This document shows positions 1 through 12,645 of a stretch of 64,000 bases of DNA, in pieces. Position 1 is the first letter of the stretch. The number at the start of each line of letters is the position of its first letter. The stretch covers positions 88,908,001-88,972,000 of the forward strand of contig CM060731.1 in NCBI GenBank assembly GCA_030704615.1, written 5' to 3'. Source of the stretch: Takakia lepidozioides. Lineage: Eukaryota; Plantae; Bryophyta. The notes below the pieces were generated by a model that was given only the letters and a program-made list of their open reading frames with translations, did no database searches and was not told the DNA's origin. The position numbers were made by a program, and so were the translations under genes.

Positions 1-22
1 GTATGCACAAATAGCAGCACCA

Positions 23-1948
23 TTGAGCAAACTACTGAAGAAAGATGCAGTGTTTGCCTGGACAGCTGAATGTCAACAGGCATTTGAGGAACTTACACTG
101 TCAGTAACAACTACACCTGTGCTGATTAACCCTCACTGGCATGTAGTATTCCATGTTCACTGCGATGCATCAGGAGAAGCGTTGGGAGCGGTGTTAGCCC
201 AGAATGTTACAGGGAATATAGATTCACCTGTGTACTATGCTAGCCGGTTGATGAACAGTGCTGAGAGGAACTATAGCACAACGGAAAGAGAAGCATTGGC
301 AATGATCTATGCAGTGAAGAAATTCAGGCATTACCTGTTGGGCAAGAAGTTTATGTTCTATGTGGATCACCAGGCTCTGATATACCTGGTAAACAAACCT
401 CTGATAAGCGGAAGAATAGCAAGATGGTTGATAATCTTGCACGAGTTTGAGTTCGAGGTTGTTTACAAGCCTGGGAGACTGCATCTTGTGGCGGATCATT
501 TGTCACGATTGTCAACAGGAGAACCAGCCACAGGAATAGATGATCAATTACCAGATGCGAGTCTCTTTGCAGTGGAGGTGCAGGGAAGTGCAGATGACTG
601 GTTAGATTGGCAGTGGCCAATCAGATACTACCTTGCTCATGGTCAGTGCCCACCTAGTTATGGTAAGGAGCAGAGGAAGAGAATCGCTATCAAAGCTTTA
701 CCTTATACTATGGTAGGAAGCAGAATGTATAAGTTAGGACCTGATGGAGTACTAAAACGATGCTTGTACCACCATGAAGTAAATAAAGTTTTGGCGGAAG
801 TTCATAAAGGAGTGGCTGGAGGTCATTTTGGAGAAGAGACTACCAGTAGAAAGATACTACTCGCAGGATACTGGTGGCCTACTTTGTTCAAAGATGTACA
901 CGAGTATTGTCAGAAGTGTGATGAATGTCAGAGGCTAGGACCTTTGCAGAGATCTGGAAGGATGGCCTTGCATCCTACAATGCCTACGGAACCATTTCAG
1001 AAATGGGGACTAGACTTTGTTGGACCAATTAACCCACCATCCAAGAATACACGAAACAGGTACATAATTACAGCCACTGATTATACTACAAAGTGGGTGG
1101 AAGCTAAAGCTTTGAGGGACAACACAGCCAAGTCCACAGCAAGGTTCCTGTACGAGAACATACTTACACGATTTGGCTGTCCCTTAGAATTTATCAGTGA
1201 TCAAGGAAGTCACTTCATGAATGAGACCATTGAGTTGTTGACTAAAGAGTTTATGATTGTGCATAGAAAGAGTACAACATATTACCCACAGGGTAATGGG
1301 CAGGCAGAGGCTACCAACAAAATACTATGTACTATCTTGGCTAAGATAGTCAATGCAAACAGAACGGATTGGGATACGAAGCTGCTGACAGCTTTGTGGT
1401 CATACAGGACTTCATATAAAGTCACCACTAAGTATACACCATTCCAATTAGTTTATGGTATGGAAGCCTTACTTCCAGTGGAATTCCTGTTACCTACCAT
1501 GAGAACGGAGTGGGGAAAAAGAATGGAATTGCAAGACTCCATCAAGGTCAGGAAACATGAATTATACCATGTGGAAGAAGTACGTGCTGATGCAGCTGAT
1601 AATATGACCAGAATTCAGATGAAGCGAAAGGAACAGTTTGATGAAGGCAAGTTAAAGACTTTTAAGACGGGGGATTTGGTTCTATGGTTGCAGAAGAAAG
1701 GAAAGATTCAAGCTTCTAAGCTTAAATCACCGTGGAAAGGACCTTATGTCATACAAAAGATGTATGATAACAACACCGCCATGTTACAAACCATTAACAA
1801 AGAAATGCTGGGAAGAGTCAATGCAAATAAGTTGAAGGGGTACAGTGGTATCCATGACAAACCTTGCAGCATGATTTGCATGTTGAACCGCAAGAGAGTC
1901 ACGGGCTGCACCAGTGTTACGAACGGAGTATGGAACACTTGTCGCTAG
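23..1948 (+). CDS. pol: Gypsy pol C-terminal part: RT connection/RNase H and integrase (non-chromovirus, Athila/Tat-like)
   Basis: RNase H motifs HCDAS, ERNYSTTEREALA, VDHQAL, ADHLSR; integrase HHCC (H..GGHFG...CDEC), WGLDFVGP, SDQGSHF, PQGNGQAE, WKGPY. Confidence 0.95.
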   Translation: MSKLLKKDAVFAWTAECQQAFEELTLSVTTTPVLINPHWHVVFHVHCDASGEALGAVLAQNVTGNIDSPVYYASRLMNSAERNYSTTEREALAMIYAVKKFRHYLLGKKFMFYVDHQALIYLVNKPLISGRIARWLIILHEFEFEVVYKPGRLHLVADHLSRLSTGEPATGIDDQLPDASLFAVEVQGSADDWLDWQWPIRYYLAHGQCPPSYGKEQRKRIAIKALPYTMVGSRMYKLGPDGVLKRCLYHHEVNKVLAEVHKGVAGGHFGEETTSRKILLAGYWWPTLFKDVHEYCQKCDECQRLGPLQRSGRMALHPTMPTEPFQKWGLDFVGPINPPSKNTRNRYIITATDYTTKWVEAKALRDNTAKSTARFLYENILTRFGCPLEFISDQGSHFMNETIELLTKEFMIVHRKSTTYYPQGNGQAEATNKILCTILAKIVNANRTDWDTKLLTALWSYRTSYKVTTKYTPFQLVYGMEALLPVEFLLPTMRTEWGKRMELQDSIKVRKHELYHVEEVRADAADNMTRIQMKRKEQFDEGKLKTFKTGDLVLWLQKKGKIQASKLKSPWKGPYVIQKMYDNNTAMLQTINKEMLGRVNANKLKGYSGIHDKPCSMICMLNRKRVTGCTSVTNGVWNTCR

Positions 1949-1983
1949 GCCCAGCATATATGACCAGGGTGGGCAAAACAAAC

Positions 1984-2225
1984 GTGACACATCCTATCAC
2001 AGCCCATCAAGGCAAAGCACAGCCTATCACAGCCCATCACGACGTGACACAGCCTATCACAGCCCATCACGTCGTGACACAGCCTATCACAGCCCAGCAC
2101 GGCGCAACACAGCCTATCACAACCTACCACAGCGTGTCACAGCCTATCACAGCTTACCACAGTGCATCACAGCCTATCACAGCGTAACACAGTATGACAC
2201 AGCCTGTCACAGCTCAACATAGCCT
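1984..2225 (+). repeat. Tandem ~30-bp repeat (gtgacacagcctatcacagcccatcac-like), about 8 units, after pol
   Basis: Directly visible periodic acagcctatcacagc units. Confidence 0.9.
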
Positions 2226-2474
2226 ACTAAAGTTACACGATCCATAGAATCAGTGACAAGTGGACACATAATAACTTCAGGAAAATGGCTGACGGAAGAG
2301 GAAACGGAAATTACTTTAAAATGGACACGTGGAGGTCAGGGCGCGACACACAGCCGAGAAGGAAGTGCAAGAACAGGTGTCAAAAAGAAAGATGACAAGA
2401 GCGGCGGTCAAAAGGGATGAAAGAAACAAACGATTGCTACCCCACAGGCGATACAGATACTGGAGGAGCTGAGA

Positions 2475-4630
2475 TTGCAAGGATTGCAAAGCCTAGATTG
2501 GACACTACACCATAGACAGTACATGTTACAATTTTTGCAGAACTTTGAGCCAAGGACAGGAACAACAACGGTGAAGGGAGTTGAATTAATGATTACTCCC
2601 CTATACCTCCAGCAATTGTTTCGATTGCCAGCAGGTCAGGTGCATGTGGAGCAACACAGGGCAAGACTGCAAATAGGGGACTTATTCCAAGAAGGGAGTT
2701 TCTTTAAAACTCAAGGTTATGCTTGTACCAAGGCTGTGTACCCAGGGCTAAAAGAGGTAGGCCAGGTATTGAACGTTCTAATTGCCATGAAACAGAACCA
2801 ACAATATTTGAGCAGATCCTTCACGGAGGAAATACTCAAAGGCCTGAAGGGACAAGAGGTACAATGGGCGGACATAATGTACAACGCACTGGTAGAGGAG
2901 ATGAAAAGATTACAAGGGTACTACCGCAAAGTCTCCTATCATAGTGTCTGGCCAATCATTGCTCAAATAATCCTTGATTCTGGCATACTTGATGCACAAG
3001 AAAGGAAGGAAATGGGGAGTGTTTGAGCCAGAAAAACTGCAATGGAAGGAGCAAGGCTCTTCACACAGTGAGGGTGGACTAGCACGGCAACCGAGACTAA
3101 GAGGCAGAGAGGGGAAAGACTGTAGTGGCAGATCCACTGGCTTCACGGACTCCGCATGATAATGTTTCCCAAGCTCATGGTCAGGAAGGGGCACAGCAGC
3201 ACAGAGCAATGCTATTACTGGAAGCAGGACCTTCAGAGAGGGAGGAGGAAGTTACTTCTGTATCACAATCACCACAACCAGCTGATCAACTTGACACAAG
3301 GTCACAAGTTATCCATGCAGCTCAACCAGAAATAATTGATTTGGAAAAAGAAGGGTTAGATATTCCAACTACAGAACAGATAGTGGCAGAAATGGAGAAG
3401 GGGGACCTTCTCTATGAATATTCTGGTCTGGTCAAGGAGACAGAGATCCCAGAGGTGCAACAGTTGCCCAAGGGAAATCCTGAGGTGCAAATAATACACA
3501 CACCTGTGTCGGAGGTACCACAGGCGGAAGGTCATGACACTGTAGCACCGGTGATAGATGAAGTAGTTCAGGAAGAAAATCCGGTGGGACAATGGCCTGA
3601 ATGGTTAGTGAGACATCACACTGTTGAAGATCAGGAGGAACAGCAGCAACCTCACCATGATGACCCTCAACAGGCAATGCTGATGAGTTCCATAGGCAGG
3701 ACACTTAATTTGTTGGGGACTTATGTCAAATCCCATGTTCCAATTACCCAATTGACAGCCTTGAGAGAGGAACTCAGGAAGGAGTTTGAGGCTCGACTAG
3801 CCCTGAGTGTGCAAACAAGGTCGATGAAGAGGTCACTCTCAAGATGAAGCAGGACTTGGAAATACAGAAATGGCTTTGCAATTGGCCAAGGAACAATTGA
3901 TTGAGGCAGGCCTCGCGCAAGACCAGTTGCATGAAGCACATAAGCAACAGCTATACCAAATGTAGGTGCACATGAAAGCAAGTTGCAAGAACTGAATGCA
4001 CTACCATACGGAGTTGCAGACAGTGCATAACAGGATGGCGATACAATGTGCTACATTCACAACTATGCTTGACCAATCTACAAAAGAAATAAACAGTCAA
4101 GCGGAAAAAATGTACGAAGGCAGAAGAAGAGAATGTTGAGCAAATGAAGCTCATTGTCGATATGAAGAATACAATCTGTCGCAATGAAGATACTTTCAAG
4201 CAATACAGGCAGATTGAAGCTGATCAAGAGAAGCACATCGTGGAGTTGCAACAACCATCATGGCCAATAGAAATGAAATCGCGGTCAATAACAAGGCTTG
4301 GAAGGAAGCCAATAATCTACTTGCTGCTTATGCGCAATTGGTTGAACCTCAGGCGAAGCGCATGGAGGCTTTACAACAGCAGTTGGAATTGTACAAGCTA
4401 AGAGAGGAGCAAACTCTCAGGGAACCACAAGCAACTTGGTGGATAACAGCCTTATGCAGGTCTGGTTAGCACAAGGGCCAGTAGAGGGCAAAGCACCACG
4501 GAAGCTCACCCAAAGCGAGATGAATGAGCTCAGGCTGCAGGTGCAGAACATTGCCACAACTACTATAGACAATGTCTATAGTAGGATAGCAAGTACTATA
4601 GACTCAATGTCTATATCTAGGAACAGCTAA
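2475..4630 (+). pseudogene. Extra retrotransposon ORF after pol: Athila ORF1/plant-transposon-domain-like N-terminus followed by an acidic/coiled-coil region, broken by frameshifts
   Basis: MLQFLQNFEPRTGTTTVKGVELMITPLYLQQLFRLP resembles the EFY...VRG..I.....I...LGLP pattern; consecutive same-strand ORFs 2475-3026, 3125-3847, 4144-4630 are E/Q/K-rich. Confidence 0.55.
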
Positions 4631-5571
4631 TGGCTTCTTATTTACAAGCCAGAACTTTGGCTTTTCAGTCTTCACAGGAGGTGCAGGAGATGCCAATGAT
4701 ACAAGAGCCAGTACCACCACCACCACAACAAGTCACTGTACCAGTAGCTGAACCTGTGGTTACTACAACCACACCACAGCCACCACAGCCGGAGGTATGG
4801 GGCAATGCCGCTTTTAACCCACCTAAAACTCCAGCTGCAAGGGAGTACAGTAGGGCTATGATTATGCCCTTCAACCAAATTCCCATCATGTTGGATTTGG
4901 CTTGGAAAGAATTTAGTCCTCCGCAGTCATTCGCACATTACTACCAAATCATGCGTATTTGGCTGCCAGTGGCAACTAGGACTAAAGTTCTTCCGAACAA
5001 TCGACATATTGAAGATCATCACTTTGCACAATACTGGCACGAAGCAGGTACCATGTTGAGGGAATTGATTGCTTTCCAGGTTGTACATGGACTCATTTAT
5101 ACCAAGACCAAGGAGATAGCAAGTATTGTCATGGGGTGCGGGTTATACTACGCTGCTTGTTTTCTGGTACGTTACCACATTGAGCAACAAAAGATGCAAA
5201 CACGCTTTCTGAGTTATTCCAGTGGAGATCATTGGGTATTACCTTCGGTGCCACCTCATATGTACCTATATGACCCAAAAGTTATGATGCAAAAGGATTC
5301 TCAAATTCGTTCATGGTTTCAAGCGGCCTGGAACCATTTGTCAACACAGAAATTTGGCATTGATGACATTTTCTATAAGGGACATGTGGCATGGAAATAC
5401 TTGCACGCTGCACCAGTAATTGGTACCCCACTCACCTGGACAGACAAGGAGCTCAGTGTCTACACCAATTTTGCTGTTCAGCGGTTACACCAAGTTGTAA
5501 AATACAAACTTCCAGACATGGTAGGACAGCATTGTATGCCCCAGATGATTCCACAAAAAGTTCAAAATTAA
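4630..5571 (+). CDS. Unknown 313-aa ORF of the Gypsy element (Pro-rich N-terminus, globular W/Y/H-rich C-terminus)
   Basis: Intact ATG-started ORF overlapping the previous stop (TAATG), located between pol and the PPT. Confidence 0.6.
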   Translation: MASYLQARTLAFQSSQEVQEMPMIQEPVPPPPQQVTVPVAEPVVTTTTPQPPQPEVWGNAAFNPPKTPAAREYSRAMIMPFNQIPIMLDLAWKEFSPPQSFAHYYQIMRIWLPVATRTKVLPNNRHIEDHHFAQYWHEAGTMLRELIAFQVVHGLIYTKTKEIASIVMGCGLYYAACFLVRYHIEQQKMQTRFLSYSSGDHWVLPSVPPHMYLYDPKVMMQKDSQIRSWFQAAWNHLSTQKFGIDDIFYKGHVAWKYLHAAPVIGTPLTWTDKELSVYTNFAVQRLHQVVKYKLPDMVGQHCMPQMIPQKVQN

Positions 5572-5895
5572 AACACCTGAGAGGCGATGAGGATTCTGAT
5601 ACAACTGTTTCTTCACCGAATTCTTTTGACATGGGAGAAGACTATGCAGTTCAGATGGCAGAGAAGAAGCGAAGGGGATCTCCTATGCCGGAAAGGTTAC
5701 CTCGATATCAGCCTCCAGAGGGCCTCACTTATCCAGGTAGTGATCAACCATCTCCGTCAACCAGAGACAGACCTCGGGCTCGTACACACAGTCCGCCACG
5801 AAACTCTCAACGTCAAGAAGGTGCTCACTCACAAAGGTTTGCTAGTCGAAATCAGTAAACCGTGAGGACACGGCTTTTTGAGGGGGAAGGGGTAA

Positions 5896-7277
5896 TGTTA
5901 GAGGACTGTCGGGGACTTAGACACTTATACGGGATCTGTAGGGTACCCTTAATTTTTGCACAGACTGAGACCAACAGAGCCTTAGGGGTGACAGCAGCGC
6001 ACTGTAGAGGGGGGTTACACAGCCAACACAGCCCCCGTCACAGCCAACACAGCCAACACAGCCACACAGCCCGTCACAGTCGTCACAGCCAACACAGCCA
6101 ACACAGCCCGTCACAGTCGTCACAGCCAACACAGCCCAACACTCCCAGCCCGTCACAGTCGTCACAGCCGACACAGCCAACACAGCCCATCACAGTTGTC
6201 ACAGCAAACACAGCCGACACAGCCGACACAGCCCGGCACAGCCACACAGCCAGTCACAGCCCGACACAGCCAAACACAGTCGCACAGCCAGTCACAGCCC
6301 GTCACAGTTTCACACAGCCAGTCACAGCTTGACACAGCTGTCACGATCATAGGGAACGAAGAGTAGGACAAGGAACGACTGTGGGGAACAACACCTGCGA
6401 AGGGAACATGTTAGTTCACAGACACGGTTAGTGAGGGAAACGGTTAGAACCGCGGAGAGGAAGATAAAGGGAGAAACGGGGAATTGAGGGACATCATTCG
6501 GAGGAGGACTTCTTGGTGATAGAGGAGAGGGGATCGGGCAGAGATGAAGAACGGAAGTGAAGATAGAGAGATGATGAGTAGATGCTTGATATAGGCAAGG
6601 CTGTAATGATATTGTAGAGCAGATTAGAGACACAATGGCTTCGGCCTGATACCTGATAAATCATAATCGGATACTTTTACGATACAATCACACTGTGTAG
6701 AGAGATCTGAGTGAAGCTGTGAATGAATGGATGAGCTGATGGAATCCAATAGATTGATAAAGCAAACTGATACTTAATTATCAATGGTAAGATAACTAAC
6801 ATGAATACCAAAAGGGAAACAAATAGGAAACACCCCCATGATACACTAGCTGTAGGTCATGACTGATTGTTCTGCGCGGGCTGAGTACTTAGAGATTTCC
6901 AACTCTTCTATCTTGGAGTTTCCGCCTCGAATAGCGAAGGGATGGGTGAGTAAAAGCCGCGCGACATGTACACCCTGTGATTTTCCAATGATGACTTCTG
7001 TAGGGAAGAAGAACCCTGGCATATATGATGATCTGTTCACTAAAGAGACCCAATAACAATTTAGATAACCTCAGCCCTGTCCATGTCTTCTCTTCCGTGC
7101 GCGTGGATAAGGGTATAAAGTCTCTAGTCATAAATAGATTTAGAATGAATTAAGTAGGGTCTGAGTCATTTTAGAAAGAGCAAGTAGGTTGATGTCATAG
7201 GGCAGGGCCATGGATCACTGCTTAAGTTAACTATAGTTTACCAGAAGGGTTTCATGCCCCTTCTTTTTCACACTACA
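5896..7277 (+). repeat. 3' LTR (~1.38 kb) containing an acacagcc/gtcacagcc microrepeat array at ~6016-6343
   Basis: PPT immediately upstream, TG...CA ends, host sequence resumes at 7278. Confidence 0.8.
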
Positions 7278-7386
7278 GTGTGGCTTTTCCTTAATGTAGG
7301 ATGTGAAGAAGTTTGTTCATCCTGCAAATGTGGGCTTTTGGCTCCTGTTAGTACGGTATTCTTCCTGATGTTTACAAGGTTCTTGG

Positions 7387-7950
7387 GAGAATCAGCTTGG
7401 TCTTAGCAGCCCGCTGATTCATTTCCTGATTCAACCTATTTCAGCCTGTTTTGCCCTCTTATCAGACTCGGGCCTGATATGCATATTGAATTCTGTAAGT
7501 TAGCTCGTTGGTGCAAGAAAGAGAGTCAGCTTGGTCTTAGCAGGCCGTGAGGGCACCTTCTTCTTCAACCTATTTCAGCCTGTTTTGCCCTCTTATCAAA
7601 CTCAGGCCTAATATGCATATTGAATTCTGTTAAGTTAGCTCATTGGTGCAAGAGAGAGAGTCAGGTTGGTCTTAGCAGGCCGTGAGGGCACCTTCTTCTT
7701 CAACCTATTTCAGCTTGTTTTGCCCTCTTATCAGACTCGGGCCTGATATGCATATTGAATTCTGTAAGTTAGCTTGTTGGTGCTAGAGAGAGAGTCAGGT
7801 TGGTCTTAGCAGGCCGTGAGGGCACCTTCTTCTTCAACCTATTTCAGCCTGTTTTCCCTCTTTCAGACTCGGGCCTGATATGCATATTGAAATCTGTAAG
7901 TTAGCTTGTTGGTGCAAGAGAGAGAGTCAGCTTGGTCTTAGCAGGCCGTG
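7387..7950 (+). repeat. Tandem ~134-bp repeat, ~4 copies, related to the intron sequence of the PDF array
   Basis: gagagtcagcttggtcttagcaggccgtg recurs at ~7387, 7521, 7656, 7789, 7922. Confidence 0.9.
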
Positions 7951-9519
7951 CCTTGTTCAAACCTGGTATTGTACCTAATGTCATTCTGAACACTGCCTGG
8001 CAGCTCTGGAAAAGGGGAAAGAGGTTGACATGTTTGCAAAATGAAGGCCTTGCTTGGTGCCTGCAGAATCCATGGCAATGTGGAGATGGCTGAACGTGCA
8101 GCATGAAGGTGTATTCTTCAACACATTTCACCCTGTTTTTCCCTATTACCAGAGTAGTCCCTAAATTTTCATGTAGAATTCTGTAAGTTAGCTCATTTGT
8201 GATGTGAGGTTGCATGAGTTTTATACCGATCCTTCACGATGGTGGGACAACCGCAATCACCAGGTGTGGCTTTTCTTAATGTACGATGTGAAGAAGTTTG
8301 TCCATCCTGCAAAGGTGGGCTCTTTGTACCTGTGAGTACCATGATTTGGTATTCTTCCTAATGTTTACAAGGTTATTGGGAGAGTCAGCTTGCAGGTCTT
8401 AGCAAGCCGTGTTTCAGTCTCTCCCTGCTCAGCTGGCCGTGGTGGTTCTCACAGACCAATCCGACATTACCTGACTACAGACAAACAGCACGCACAAGAG
8501 GTCATTTTGGGTTGATGGTCGGTCAAATCCTCCATGGGTCAAGGACAATGTGGTGAGGGCACGTTTCAGCCTGTTTTTCCCTCTCATCAGACTTGGCCCT
8601 GAGATGCATGTTGAATTCTGCATGGGTGATAAGTAGGGTTGGGTGTTTGCTGGAACAATTGTAGGCTGTCATTGTCAGCCACTAGCAGCAAGGGGAGGAT
8701 GTATGCATGATTTGTGCAGAGCTTGGATAGCTGAGGGAGCAGGGGTAGAGTCTGGCCGGTCCAGATTCATCCAAGAGGGCGGGACTTCAAGCTCACGATT
8801 ACCTATAATTCCCTATGGATCAATAGCTGCAAGAAACCTGCATGGGTAGATGGTCAACTGGAAGCCGCAACAGCAATGACACAATTGATAAAATCAGACA
8901 CTGCTAATGAAGGCACCTTCTTCAACACATTTTCATCCTGTTTTTCCCTCTTATCAGAATTGACCCTAAATTTTCATGTTGAGTTTTGCAAGTTAGTTGG
9001 TTGAGTGAACCGTTGATAGTTTGGAAGCGACTTGGACATGGTACTGCCAATGTGACAATAGGGAAGTATCCAGTTCTAAACATGTAACAGCTGAGACAAG
9101 GAGAAGCTGTGGAATGAATACTTTTCTGACCCCAGTCAATGGTGGGACAATCGAGGCAAAAAGGTGAATGCCTGTTGGATTACAGAGAGTAGCAGATGCA
9201 ATTGACCATAGTGATAAGTTGAGTTGGGTGTTCCCTAGAACAAATCTAGGCTGTCATTGTCAGGTGCTAGCAGCAAGGCAAGGCTGTATGCATGATTTGT
9301 GCAGCGGCATGTATAGCTGAAGGAGCAGGGATAGAGTCTGGGTCCAGATTCATCCAAGAGGGCCGGACTTCAAGCTCCAGATTACCTATGATTCCATGTG
9401 GATCAATAGCTACAAGAAACCTGCTGCATGGGTAGATGGTCAACTAAAGGTAGCAACTGCAGCGGCACAGTTGATAAAATCAGGCACCTCAACCATGACC
9501 ACAGCTTCTGAAAGTGGAT

Positions 9520-9810
9520 CAAGAGAGGTGGTTGAACGAGATGTGGTCTTTTGGAGTGCCATGATTGCAAGGTATGTGCAGCATGGGTATGGGATTAAGG
9601 CTTTGGAAACCTAGGATCAAATGATGTGGGATGGGATGAAGCAAGACCAGGTCATGTTCATTTGTGTTTGTAATATGCATATGGGAGCCTAGCAGCCCTG
9701 GGAAGGGGCAAAGAGGTTCATGGTGACATTATCAAAGCTGGAATTGTACCAGATGTCATTCTGAACATTCCCCTGGTGTACATCTACATCAAATGTGAGC
9801 CTAGCAGCCC
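9520..9810 (+). pseudogene. PLS-class PPR fragment
   Basis: ERDVVFWSAMIARYVQHGYGIKALET*..M..DGMKQDQVMF..., then GKEVHGDIIKAGIVPDVIL. Confidence 0.8.
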
Positions 9811-10039
9811 TGGCCAGAGAAGAACATGAAGAGGGCTTACAATTTCGTTCGCCCGGGCGTAGACATTGCTGGCAATGAGAAGAAGGCAGGAAAGCAGTTC
9901 AGTGTTCCTAGCATGCATGCGGAGACGCCGTGTAGAAGTTAGGCTTAGACTTTTATCATGGCTGGATTTTGTTGACAGTGTTTCAGCACTTACTCTCTGG
10001 GATTTTATTTGTGGAGCTTGAATCCCCAATGGTACTTCT

Positions 10040-10876
10040 TTCACTACAATAATGGTATGTGTTCCTCTAGTCATGTTCATAATCACTTGCACATCACTGT
10101 AATAGTGGTATAATTTAAAACTGTGGGAGTAGCCAAATGCACACAATTGCCTACATTACCACTTGTATAGTGGTATTAGTCACATATATATTACTGTACT
10201 AGTGGTATGAATTCCTCTAGTGGTATTCCTAATCACTTACACACCACTCTGTTAGTAATGACTCCAATCCATAGTTCCCACTCAGAGAGACACCATGAAT
10301 GACTCAAATAGCTTACACACCACTCTGTGGGTAATCATTCCAATGACCTGCTGAGAGACGTCATCCACTCACATAACCACTCTGTGAGTGATATTGTATA
10401 TTCTCAGTTTTCATAGAATGACTCTATGAGTCATTTTGTGGTCACTCAACAAGTGGTTTCGGAAGTCATTGAATTTTTCACTCCATCCATTTCGTAGCAC
10501 TAACACATGACACGTGTCCATGCTGGGAGTGTCGCCACTTGTCGACATAATCTCCAATATCATCCACGGACCACCGGCTTACACGTCTCCACTACAAAAC
10601 AGAAGTGGTTACTTTACCACTATGACACGTCAGTTTACCATTGTGACACGTCATAAGTGGTTGGTTTACCTCAGTGACACGTCAGCTAACAGGTGGACCC
10701 GGACGTGAGTGGTTCGAACCACTGTCCTTAACCACCAGTGCCACGTAATGTCTTTTACCACTCACTTGTTCTAATGCACTGGTTCTTCATCACTATGAGG
10801 CCAGAGTGGTTTATTGTCTTTTACCACTCAAAATGAGTGGTTAACATAGTGGTTATTCCGCGTTTTTCTTCTAGTG
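10040..10876. mobile_element. Non-autonomous CACTA-like end region
   Basis: Ends in ...ttcttCTAGTG at 10876 directly before a PDF exon; dense accact/agtggt/gacacgt subterminal-type motifs; left end not resolved. Confidence 0.5.
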
Positions 10877-12429
10877 AGATGAGGAGAAGCTGTGGAATGA
10901 ATACTTTTCTGACCCCGGTCAATGGTGGGACAATCGAGGCAAAAAGGTGAATGCCTGTTAGATTACAGAGAGTAGCAGACGCAATTCAGCATAGGAACTA
11001 GTGGGATAAGCTGATTGGGTGTTTCCTAGAACAAATCTAGGCTGTCATTGTCAGCTGCTAGTAGCAAGGCAAGGATGAATGCATGATTTGTACAGAGGCA
11101 TGGATAGCTAAAGGAGCAGGGATAGAGTGTGGGTCTAGATTCATCCAAGAGGGCCTGACTTCAAGCACAAGATTACCAATGATTCCCTGTGGATCAATAA
11201 CTACAAGAAACCTGCATGGGTAGATGGTCAACTGGAAGCTGCAGCAGCAACGGCGGAATTGATAAAATCAGGTACTGCTAATGAAGGCACCTTCTTCAAC
11301 ACATTTCACCCTGTTTTTCCCTCTTATCAGTAGCCTCTCTAAGTTTTCATGTTGAATTCTGCAAGTTAGCTGGTTGAGTGAACCTTTGTAGTTTGGAGTG
11401 ACTTTTGACATGATACTGCCAATGTGACAACAGGAAAGAATCCAGAAACAAGTAATGGAGACCACAAGAAGCTGTGGAGTGAATACTTTTCTGACCCCAG
11501 TCAACGGTGGGACAATCAAGGCAAAAAGGTGAATGCATATTGGATTACAGAGAGTAGAAGATGCAATTGAACATAGGAACTGGTGTGATAAGTTGAGTTG
11601 GGTGTTTCCCAGAACAATTCGAGTCTTTCATTGTATCTGTTAGTAGCAAGGCAAGAATGAACGCATGATTTGTGCAGATCAGGCATGGGTAGCTGAAGGA
11701 GCAGCGATAGAGTGTGGGTCCAGAATCATCCAAGAGGGCCAGCAAGAGGGCAGCTCTTTGTGTGCTTGATTCTCACTCCCATTTGGTGTTAATTGTCGTG
11801 GTCTCCTTAGCAGGATTTCCCACCACAGCCCCTTTCTTCCAAGTAGCCAGTTGTCAACCTTGCTCTCCCATCCTTCACCATCTTCGTCAGTGAAGTACTC
11901 CCTTTCTCCTTTTTCATGTTCCAGCCATTTAGGTGGTTTCTCCCTCAATACTGCCTTCATTTGCTGCATTGCCATGTATTTACTCTCCGTGGTTTTAATT
12001 TGCTCATGCCCAACAATTGGAAGAATTCCATGTGTTGGGCTGATTCCACTCTGAGCTGCAATTTCCATTCTTTTCAGTGCTTCCCACAGGCTGGCTTTTG
12101 CTGGAACAGGTCTGTCCTCTTCGCTTAAGTTTTCCTCTCCTCATCACATCTTCTCCAAATCTGGTCATAGGCGTCCTCATTTCCTTCTGTCTCTGGCCCA
12201 TCATGCTCATCCTCCTTGACTGTCCCTTGTCGTTCAGCTCTTGTTTGTGTGTCTCCATCAAAGGTACATCCTTCGTGTGGTGGAATGCTGCTCACAAGAA
12301 GTGCTTGTAGTGGGCTTCTTTGCAGAATTTTTCAGCTCTGTTATTCCCTCATCACCTTTCCTCTTTTCAGGTGATCATCCTCTCAATTCTAGTGCCTTTG
12401 TTTGGTGCATTGCAGTGTGGTTCCTCCGT

Positions 12430-12645
12430 GTGCACATGATCCATTTCTCCACAATGTGGAGAGATGGTCTATGGCTCCCACTCTTGGGATCAAGGGAAAG
12501 ATGTGGAGAGTTGTCCATAATTTGCATGCTCACACCAGTGTGGGCTGTGTCAACAGTTAATGGACAGAAGTCTAACTTCTATGACATAGACCAAGATGTG
12601 GCTCAAAGATGTACCCCCTCCCCCTTTTATGTTGAATTATTCAAG
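12430..12645 (+). pseudogene. LINE reverse transcriptase fragment
   Basis: FSTMWRDGLW ... VNGQKSNFYDIDQDVAQRCTPSP, equivalent to the non-LTR RT motif GV.QGC.LSP. Confidence 0.65.

Larger units (their letters stand above)
1..7277 (+). mobile_element. Ty3/Gypsy LTR retrotransposon, 3' part (RNase H-integrase, extra ORFs, PPT, 3' LTR); 5' end lies outside the window
   Basis: pol ORF 23-1948; purine tract GGGGGAAGGGG at 5882-5892; LTR starts TGTTAG at 5896 and ends CTACA at 7277, where host PDF-intron sequence (gtgtggctttt, also seen at 8264) resumes. Confidence 0.9.

Noticed and set aside
1864-2222. ORFs over the tandem repeats (also 5862-6371 and 25700-27100)
   Set aside because: Translations simply mirror the repeat periodicity.
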